A DNA stretch of 32,000 nucleotides from Caldimicrobium thiodismutans (GTDB taxonomy: Bacteria; Desulfobacterota; Thermodesulfobacteria; Thermodesulfobacteriales; Thermodesulfobacteriaceae), in assembly GCF_001548275.1 (NCBI RefSeq), contig NZ_AP014945.1, forward strand, positions 600,001-632,000, read 5' to 3'. Every line of letters starts with the position of its first letter. The stretch's first letter is position 1. Of this stretch, positions 26,901 to 32,000 are shown piece by piece. The translations under genes were made by a program, and so were the position numbers. The notes under the pieces are model-generated. The model did no database searches. It saw nothing but the letters and a program-made list of their open reading frames with translations, and had not been told where the DNA came from.

Positions 26901-27115
26901 TAATCCTTTTCCATTAAAAGGATAGCTACATCTGGAGAGGCAAGATAAAGATCAGGCTCTTTTTCTTGCAAAAAAGTAAGCTCCTGTTCAAAGGATTTAA
27001 ATGTATAGGGCTTAAATTCTTTTTGAAAGAGATTCGTTAATATTTTTGTAAAATTTTGCCAGTACTCTGGATTTCTCTCCGTGTCACAAGGACAGATTCC
27101 AAATGTAAGAGACAT
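23927..27115 (-). CDS. Multidomain c-di-GMP signalling protein: PhnD-like substrate-binding domain, PAS, GAF, PAS, GGDEF, EAL
   Basis: 1062 aa. GGDEF motif RAGGDEFALW is encoded at 24947..24961, and EAL motif GVEALVRI at 24572..24580. DDFGTGYSSL and other EAL-domain motifs are present. The PAS-like segments include GKNPRIFKSG. No N-terminal TM or signal sequence. Confidence 0.88.
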   Translation of the reverse strand: MSLTFGICPCDTERNPEYWQNFTKILTNLFQKEFKPYTFKSFEQELTFLQEKEPDLYLASPDVAILLMEKDYIPLFRLAGEEDKLILVCLKNFRKGKKVFKVGLPELNFFYLGILLSSLPIENIDIVFVKCFKEGLEKLYNKEIDFLFLYERFFNDLPQNQKEFLKIEETISVPFYHFLMFKKAFYQKYKDFIDKIENIDHFEKASKEEVQRLNRILKKILFLSIFFRNKSILENLLDHPGLIIAAYQDRFIFSNKGGLEVTGYTLEEILNMSPLDLVYEEDRPLAEKILKRRLKGQKFPFFYPDLRIKHKSGKIIHLFCYTQTIHYNNKPTGLIIGIDITREKQLETFNKILKKINEIIIKSNQEKEIFENLCKTLTETFHLELTWIGKIEKEDPIITFIYSYGKEIDFPKKLCIPYLQNLKETHPALIALKKGEITINEYTPKFPFPEDFKEEMLKRNFLSCVAIPFFKYGKSYGVLSLISSVPYFFTEEIREILVEIQKDISFALEKIELQKEHQLLFHVIEQSKEWVVITDQNGTILYGSPFVSEISGYSPDEIRGKNPRIFKSGLHSQEFYKKLWDTILSGKTFSTVIINRTKDGSLFKLEEAIHPIKLPDGEIRFIAIGKDVTKEEYLIKEIEYFKFYDPLTGLYNFPTFSFKVNEKIAEDKNRLSALLLLDIQNLSWINYTYGVTGGDEVIKEVAKRLKSILSEKDIIGRAGGDEFALWIFDLPRIEIINKIVEKIKFSFQKPIIFENNFIKLEYNLGLVLYPRDGSSFEELYEKATLTLNTAKKENITFKFYNSELGKQFEKFIKTEEIIQKAFKKNLFIFYYQPYIELSNYKIAGVEALVRIKEDEKLYPPSEFIDYLENSPYLRLFEDWVLQKASEQIKKWNFNFSINISARTFFEENFIYRIKKLPKDNYPYLCLEITERTVIRDINKAKEILTILKDTENSIKIALDDFGTGYSSLIHLKELPVDIIKIDRSFISDMMFDKKVMSLVKGLIDLAHSFGIKVCAEGVETKEQLQALDIMGCDYAMGFYISKPLPEEEIERLLFSKERLKLL

Positions 27116-27122
27116 ATGTTAA

Positions 27123-27151
27123 AATATAATTAAGATTTTGAATTAAGTCAA
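27123..27151 (-). promoter_or_regulatory. Candidate promoter of the GGDEF/EAL gene, placed so the mRNA would be leaderless or nearly so
   Basis: On the minus strand: TTGACT (27151..27146), a 17-nt spacer, then TATATT (27128..27123), followed by only 7 nt (TTAACAT) before ATG 27115..27113. No Shine-Dalgarno sequence. Confidence 0.4.
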
Positions 27152-27403
27152 TGGTAAAAAATGCGTATTAGCTTATAAAATCTAAAAAACTATTAAAGAT
27201 CAAAACTTTATTGACATTATGTAGGCATCTTCCTCATCAAAATGCCAAATCACATTCATTTAATTATAATCAATGTAGGGAAAGCTTATACTGTATGCCC
27301 CAGTAATGCAATTTAAATTTGGAATTAGAGAAATCTAATTCAAAAAATGATTGAAGAAAAAATTCCTATTTAAATCCCAAAAGATATGGACTTATACAGG
27401 GGC

Positions 27404-27431
27404 TTGACAAATGAGATTTTGGGAGGATTAT
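27404..27431 (+). promoter_or_regulatory. Candidate promoter for the aminotransferase/selA operon
   Basis: TTGACA (27404..27409), a 16-nt spacer, then GATTAT (27426..27431), about 33 nt upstream of ATG 27464, with an AAGGAGGAAGG RBS in between. Confidence 0.35.
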
Positions 27432-27463
27432 TTAGGATTTAAAAAGGAGGAAGGAAAAAGGAA

Positions 27464-28675
27464 ATGGGGTTTACGGTTAAAATTAAGCCAGCCAATCGCA
27501 CCTGGGGCGTGGAATATGCCATACGGGATATTGTAGAGACCTCTAAGGAAGCCTTAAAAAAAGGAAAAGACCTTATTTATCTCAATATCGGAGATCCTGT
27601 AAAATACGGTTTTTCTACCCCTCGCAATCTAATTGAAGCCGCCTACAAAGCTATGCTAAAAAATCAGAATTCTTATTCAGATTCTGTTGGAATCCCCGAG
27701 GCCCTCTCTGCTATTGAGAAATATGCAGAAAAAAAGGGTATTAAACCTATTGATATCTTCATTACTCAGGGGGCAAGTGAGGCCATAGAATTTGCCATTG
27801 CCTCTTTAGTTGATCCCGGAGAAAATATTATACTTCCCTGTCCCTGTTATCCTTTGTATCAGGCTATTACATCAAAACTGGGTATTGAACCAAGATTCTA
27901 TTATCTTGACGAGGAAAACAATTGGGAACCAGATCTTAATTCCTTAGAAGACTCTATTGATGAAAAGACAAGAGCCATAGTTATTATAAATCCAAACAAT
28001 CCAACTGGCGCTATTTATTCTAAAAAGATACTCCTTGAGCTCCTGGAAATTGCCAGAAAGTATAACCTCATTATCCTCTCTGATGAGATTTACGATCAAT
28101 TTATCTTAGATGTAGGTGTTGAGCATATTTCCATTGCCTCTTTAGCTGAAGATGTCCCTGTGGTGACCTTTAATGGTCTTTCCAAGTGTTATTTTGCTCC
28201 GGGCTGGAGAGTTGGCTGGGGCATAGTATCTGGTCCAAAGGAAATTCTTGAAGATTACATTGAGGCTATTCACAAGCTTGCCAGATCAAGACTCTGTGCT
28301 CCTCATCCCTTACAGTATGCCATCCCTGAAGCATTAAATAATGAAAATGGTTATATAAAAAAAATACTTCCAGAACTCAAAAAAAGAAGAGATCTGATCG
28401 TTGATGGACTAAATAATTTATCTGGTATCCGATGTGTAAGACCTCAAGGAGCCTTTTACGCCTTTCCAAGGCTTGAATTACCAGAGATATCTGATCTTGA
28501 CTTTACAAAACAACTTATTATGGAAGAAGGTGTAGTGGTTGTCCATGGAAGTGGTTTTGGTCAAAAGCCTGGAACGAAACACTTTCGTATCATCTTTTTA
28601 CCTGAGGAAAAGGTTTTAAAAGAGGCCCTGGTTAGAATTGAACGCTTTATTAAAAGGATTTGTCCAGCAGGATGA
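27464..28675 (+). CDS. PLP-dependent class I/II aminotransferase (alanine/aspartate aminotransferase family)
   Basis: YSDSVGIPEA, INPNNPTGA, LSDEIYD, and NGLSKCYFAPGWRVGWG containing the PLP lysine. 403 aa. Confidence 0.88.
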   Translation: MGFTVKIKPANRTWGVEYAIRDIVETSKEALKKGKDLIYLNIGDPVKYGFSTPRNLIEAAYKAMLKNQNSYSDSVGIPEALSAIEKYAEKKGIKPIDIFITQGASEAIEFAIASLVDPGENIILPCPCYPLYQAITSKLGIEPRFYYLDEENNWEPDLNSLEDSIDEKTRAIVIINPNNPTGAIYSKKILLELLEIARKYNLIILSDEIYDQFILDVGVEHISIASLAEDVPVVTFNGLSKCYFAPGWRVGWGIVSGPKEILEDYIEAIHKLARSRLCAPHPLQYAIPEALNNENGYIKKILPELKKRRDLIVDGLNNLSGIRCVRPQGAFYAFPRLELPEISDLDFTKQLIMEEGVVVVHGSGFGQKPGTKHFRIIFLPEEKVLKEALVRIERFIKRICPAG

Positions 28676-30054
28676 GAATCCCTTCTGTTCATGAATTAAA
28701 GGAAAGGTTGGCTAAGTTACTTCCTGAGGTCCCCTTTTCTTTTTTTACCGAACCAGCAAGAATGGTTGCGCAGACCCTCAGAGAAAAAAAACTTAAAGAG
28801 GGGCTTAAAACTATATCTGATAAAGAGCTTGACCGCCTTCTTTTGAAGGCCTTTGAGGATTATCATAGGCCTCATCTTAGGCGAGTGATCAATGCTACAG
28901 GAATTATAATTCACACTAATCTTGGAAGAGCACCTCTCCCCTCAGCTGCTATTATTCATTTATTAGATATAGGACCTCATTATTCAAATTTAGAATATAA
29001 TCTTGAAGAGGGGAAAAGAGGGAGCCGTTACGAGCATGTGGAAGGTATCCTCAGAGAATTAACTAATGCAGAAGGGGCTTTGGTGGTAAACAATAATGCC
29101 AGTGCAGTGCTTATCTCTTTAAACACCTTAGCCCAGGGAAAAGAGGTCATTGTCTCCCGGGGTGAGCTTGTTGAAATTGGAGGTTCCTTTAGAATCCCTG
29201 AGGTTATGAGATGGGCTGGATGCATTTTGAAAGAGGTAGGAACCACTAACAAGACTCACCTGCACGATTATGAAAATGCTATCAATGAAAATACAGCCCT
29301 TCTTCTTAAAGTGCATAAAAGTAATTATGCTATAGTTGGTTTCACAAAAGAGGTAAGCACTGAAGAACTTGTTGCCCTGGGTAAGAAAAGAGGGCTACCT
29401 GTTATGGAGGACCTTGGAAGTGGATGCTTCATTGATTTTTCAAAATATGGTTTAAGCAAAGAGCCTACTGTGCAGGAAGTAGTAAAGGCTGGAGTTGATG
29501 TGGTGACCTTTTCAGGAGATAAACTTCTGGGTGGACCTCAAGCAGGTATTATCCTCGGAAAAAAGGAGTTTATCGAGAGGATCCGTAAAAACCCCTTAAA
29601 CAGGGCTATACGCATTGATAAGTTTACCTTAGCGATGCTTGAGTATATCCTTAAGTTATACAGGGATGAGGCCATAGCTATTAACAATATACCTGTTCTT
29701 GAGATGATATTTTCTAAGCCCGATGATATTAAAAAGAAGGCTCAAAGGCTTAAGCGAAATATTAATGCCCTTGGGCTTCCTTTGGAGGATTTGAAAATTG
29801 TTCAAACTACTGCTAAAACTGGCGGAGGGGCTTTACCTCTCCTTGATTTACCCTCCTATGGAGTTGCCTTAAAAATAAAAGACCTTTCTCCTCAAGGTCT
29901 TCACGAACGATTGCGAAAGGCAAATCCTCCGATTATTGCTATTGCAGAAGAGGATTATTTAGTTTTTGATGCAAGATGCCTTTTTGATCAGGATTTAAAT
30001 ATAATCCCAGAAATTTTAAAACAGATCTGCAATGAGCTTGGTTTCACCTCTTAA
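28672..30054 (+). CDS. selA: L-seryl-tRNA(Sec) selenium transferase
   Basis: MRIPSVHEL..., INATGIIIHTNLGRAPL, VVNNNASAVL, and TFSGDKLLGGPQAGIILGKK with the PLP lysine, then NPLNRAIRIDK. ATG 28672 forms an ATGA overlap with the aminotransferase stop. The track's TTG 28660 is an alternative start. Confidence 0.9.
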   Translation: MRIPSVHELKERLAKLLPEVPFSFFTEPARMVAQTLREKKLKEGLKTISDKELDRLLLKAFEDYHRPHLRRVINATGIIIHTNLGRAPLPSAAIIHLLDIGPHYSNLEYNLEEGKRGSRYEHVEGILRELTNAEGALVVNNNASAVLISLNTLAQGKEVIVSRGELVEIGGSFRIPEVMRWAGCILKEVGTTNKTHLHDYENAINENTALLLKVHKSNYAIVGFTKEVSTEELVALGKKRGLPVMEDLGSGCFIDFSKYGLSKEPTVQEVVKAGVDVVTFSGDKLLGGPQAGIILGKKEFIERIRKNPLNRAIRIDKFTLAMLEYILKLYRDEAIAINNIPVLEMIFSKPDDIKKKAQRLKRNINALGLPLEDLKIVQTTAKTGGGALPLLDLPSYGVALKIKDLSPQGLHERLRKANPPIIAIAEEDYLVFDARCLFDQDLNIIPEILKQICNELGFTS

Positions 30055-31534
30055 AGCTGAAAAGTTATCTCAGCTTTTATCCATTTATCTTTCCAAAAAA
30101 TACAATATTACTATTTCCGATAAAATTACACCCTTTGAGGAGACAACAGAAAGTCTTCTGGAAAAGGGGAATGAAGCCATTCCAACAATCTATATGGAGA
30201 GAATTATACTTGAAAACTATAAAGATAATTTTTATTCTGAAAGGCTACTTCAGATGCTACTTTCTGTTGAGCCCTTACCAGGGTATATTTTTCAATTCAA
30301 ATATGTCCCTCCCCAGAATTATCCCTTTTTCAAGATTTCCGAAAAACTTTACTTTTATCCCCTTTTTTTTGGAAATACAAAAGAGCTCTTTATTGAGCTC
30401 TGGAGAAAAAATAGAAGCTTTAAATCTTTTTTTATTGAGTTAGAGAAAAATTATTCTTTTTCTGGTCTTCTTTCTCAGTTAAAGCTTGTCACAGAACTCT
30501 CCTTTACAAGATTTAACCATAGGGCCAGAGAATCCTTACAGGAAATTCAGAAGATTTGGGATGAGGGAATGCTTCGGGGATGGATTTCAGCTTTTAAGAA
30601 GCCTTCTTCTCTATTGTTTGTTTGCAATAGAGCCCTTCCTGAGAATTTTAATGGGTTCTCTGGAAGAATTCATTCTAAAGAGGGCTCTTTGAATTACTAT
30701 ATTTTTGAAAAGGCTGATCTTGAGAAAATAAGATCTCAACTAAAGGGTTTTTCAGGCACGATTGGAATTGTAACCTTTGAAAAATGGAAAGAAGAACCTT
30801 TTAAGAGATTTAATCCTCTGCTTTTAGGTTTTGCAGTTTATGAACATGCCAGGAGGGCAGGTCTTAAATTTCATCTCTTAGATGGCTTTACCTTACATGT
30901 TCTTGCAGACCTTTATTATGAGTGGGAGGATTTAGGAAGAGCTCTTAATATTTATGAGCTTGCCAGAGCCTTTACCCTTCAGCCTATTGAACTTGCCCTT
31001 AGTGAGGCATCCATTTATTATGCCTTTTCAGAGCTTGAAAAGGCTGAAAAGACCCTTAGAGGAAAGCTCTGCGGTTGTGTTAAGGAAGACCCTCGGATCC
31101 ACTATAATCTGGGTATTATTTATAAAGAAAAAGGTGAAAAAGAAAAGGCCGAATATCATCTTTACAAGGCCTATCTTCTTGAGGAAGAAAATCCCCTTTT
31201 TAGAAAGGATTTACTTAAGTTTTTCTGGGATGAGGGTAGATGGGAAGAGATGGAGGCTATACTTACTAAGGTAAAAAACTTTACCAAAATAGATAAGATT
31301 TTCTTAGGAAAGCTCTCATTTTTGAAAAAGGATTATGCTAAGGCCCTCACCTACCTGAAGGAGATAATTGATTCTCCTGAGAGAGATGGAGAGTCTCTTT
31401 ATTTTCTGGCCTGGCTTTATTTATATTATAAGAGAGACCTTTCTGCAGCGGATTTATTTTTAAAAGAGGCCAAGCATCAGCTTTCCCGGGGGGCCTATGA
31501 AAAATTAGTTGAGGAATTTGGGCTACCCAGGTGA
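30032..31534 (+). CDS. Hypothetical protein with an uncharacterised ~300-aa N-terminal region and C-terminal TPR repeats
   Basis: 500-aa ORF overlapping the selA 3' end by 23 nt. TPR-like helices include LADLYYEWEDLGRALNIYELA, RIHYNLGIIYKEKGEKEKAEYHLYKAY and KKDYAKALTYLKEII. Confidence 0.7.
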   Translation: MSLVSPLKAEKLSQLLSIYLSKKYNITISDKITPFEETTESLLEKGNEAIPTIYMERIILENYKDNFYSERLLQMLLSVEPLPGYIFQFKYVPPQNYPFFKISEKLYFYPLFFGNTKELFIELWRKNRSFKSFFIELEKNYSFSGLLSQLKLVTELSFTRFNHRARESLQEIQKIWDEGMLRGWISAFKKPSSLLFVCNRALPENFNGFSGRIHSKEGSLNYYIFEKADLEKIRSQLKGFSGTIGIVTFEKWKEEPFKRFNPLLLGFAVYEHARRAGLKFHLLDGFTLHVLADLYYEWEDLGRALNIYELARAFTLQPIELALSEASIYYAFSELEKAEKTLRGKLCGCVKEDPRIHYNLGIIYKEKGEKEKAEYHLYKAYLLEEENPLFRKDLLKFFWDEGRWEEMEAILTKVKNFTKIDKIFLGKLSFLKKDYAKALTYLKEIIDSPERDGESLYFLAWLYLYYKRDLSAADLFLKEAKHQLSRGAYEKLVEEFGLPR

Positions 31535-32000
31535 GATTAACCGTCCTTGGTTCTGGCACAGGGTGGATAACACTAAAAAGATCATCCCCTGGATATCTTG
31601 TCTCTGCTGATAATTTTCATTTACTCCTTGATATTGGTCCTGGAACTCTCCGACAAATCTTAAAGACTGGCCTAAGGATAGATGAAATTTCAGCTCTCTT
31701 TATCACCCATTTTCACCCAGATCATGTGTCAGATCTTATCCCTTTTTTCTTTGCCACAAGATATAACCTTGGTTACACAAGAACTGAACCATTTACATTG
31801 TATGGACACCAAAGTTTTACCAATCTTTATGAGGGATTAAAACAGGCCTTTGGGCACTGGGTCTGCCCACCAGAAGGTCTTCTAAATTTATATTTAATTG
31901 AAAAGGAGAGTGTAACAGATTTTGAAATTGGCCCTTTCCAGGCAAGGTCTGTTGGGGTCAAGCATAATCCTGAGTCCTTAGCTATTAGACTTGAATTTTC
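31531..32000 (+). CDS. MBL-fold metallo-hydrolase (RNase Z/ElaC-like), N-terminal part, continues beyond window end
   Basis: Not in the track because it has no in-window stop. GTG 31531 forms a GTGA overlap with the upstream stop. Translation: VRLTVLGSGTGWITLKRSSPGYLVSADNFHLLLDIGPGTLRQ...ALFITHFHPDHVSDLIPFFF, containing the HxHxDH motif. It stays open to position 32000. Confidence 0.75.
   Translation, partial: MRLTVLGSGTGWITLKRSSPGYLVSADNFHLLLDIGPGTLRQILKTGLRIDEISALFITHFHPDHVSDLIPFFFATRYNLGYTRTEPFTLYGHQSFTNLYEGLKQAFGHWVCPPEGLLNLYLIEKESVTDFEIGPFQARSVGVKHNPESLAIRLEF

Noticed and set aside
120-31559. Many 60-200-aa ORFs in the supplied track, for example 120..335+, 1476..1697+, 2802..3059-, 3185..3487+, 5902..6105-, 6360..6590-, 6403..6681+, 7229..7540-, 7977..8576-, 10367..10690-, 11539..11724+, 13775..13963-, 14177..14470-, 16659..17040-, 18136..18519-, 20085..20430-, 20845..21132-, 21548..21871-, 22143..22334-, 22612..22815-, 25191..25506, 26483..26677+, 28717..29316-, 30135..31274+ and 31347..31559-
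   Set aside because: Each lies inside, antisense to or out of frame with a much longer ORF that has clear family motifs. Their translations are low-complexity or Ser/Pro/Leu/Arg-rich, as expected for shadow frames of AT-rich coding DNA, and they lack RBSs.
1-32000. CRISPR arrays, IS elements, transposases, integrases, prophage genes or known defence-system genes
   Set aside because: No direct-repeat/spacer periodicity and no ORF with recombinase or transposase motifs was seen. The only toxin-antitoxin-like trace is the truncated HEPN stub.

Overview
AT-rich window (by eye, high-30s %GC) with Lys/Glu/Ile-rich proteins. The host is diderm because TonB-dependent receptors are present. It is probably a thermophilic anaerobe, but the lineage cannot be determined here.

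Positions 1-23810 form a dense metal/tetrapyrrole acquisition island with four parts.
(a) A minus-strand operon encodes a Cys/His-bearing polytopic membrane protein, a MotA/ExbB-type channel, an ExbD-like single-pass protein and a CobN-like chelatase subunit with a signal peptide. That last gene runs off the window start.
(b) A TonB-dependent receptor (TBDT) broken by a 1-nt frameshift in an A5 run, followed by a signal-peptide-bearing CbiZ-like amidohydrolase.
(c) A TBDT remnant (plug plus last beta-strand only), then a CooC-type NTPase and a BtuF/C/D-like ABC importer.
(d) A tightly coupled 13.4-kb operon: intact TBDT, a second BtuF/C/D-like importer, CobN in two overlapping ORFs, ChlI-like and ChlD-like AAA+ subunits, ExbB, ExbD and TonB.

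The promoters of (c) and (d) share a 59-nt element that is 53/59 identical, although the coding sequence downstream has diverged. No cobalamin riboswitch is visible.

The rest of the window holds tRNA-Ser(GGA), a large PBP-PAS-GAF-PAS-GGDEF-EAL signalling protein, and an apparent operon of a class I aminotransferase, SelA, a TPR protein and a partial MBL-fold hydrolase. No rRNA, CRISPR array, transposase or integrase was seen.

The most interesting candidates are the signal-peptide CobN-like protein paired with a proton-channel stator, and the self-contained TBDT/ABC/class I chelatase/TonB operon. All family assignments come from motif recognition by eye and need HMM or BLAST confirmation.
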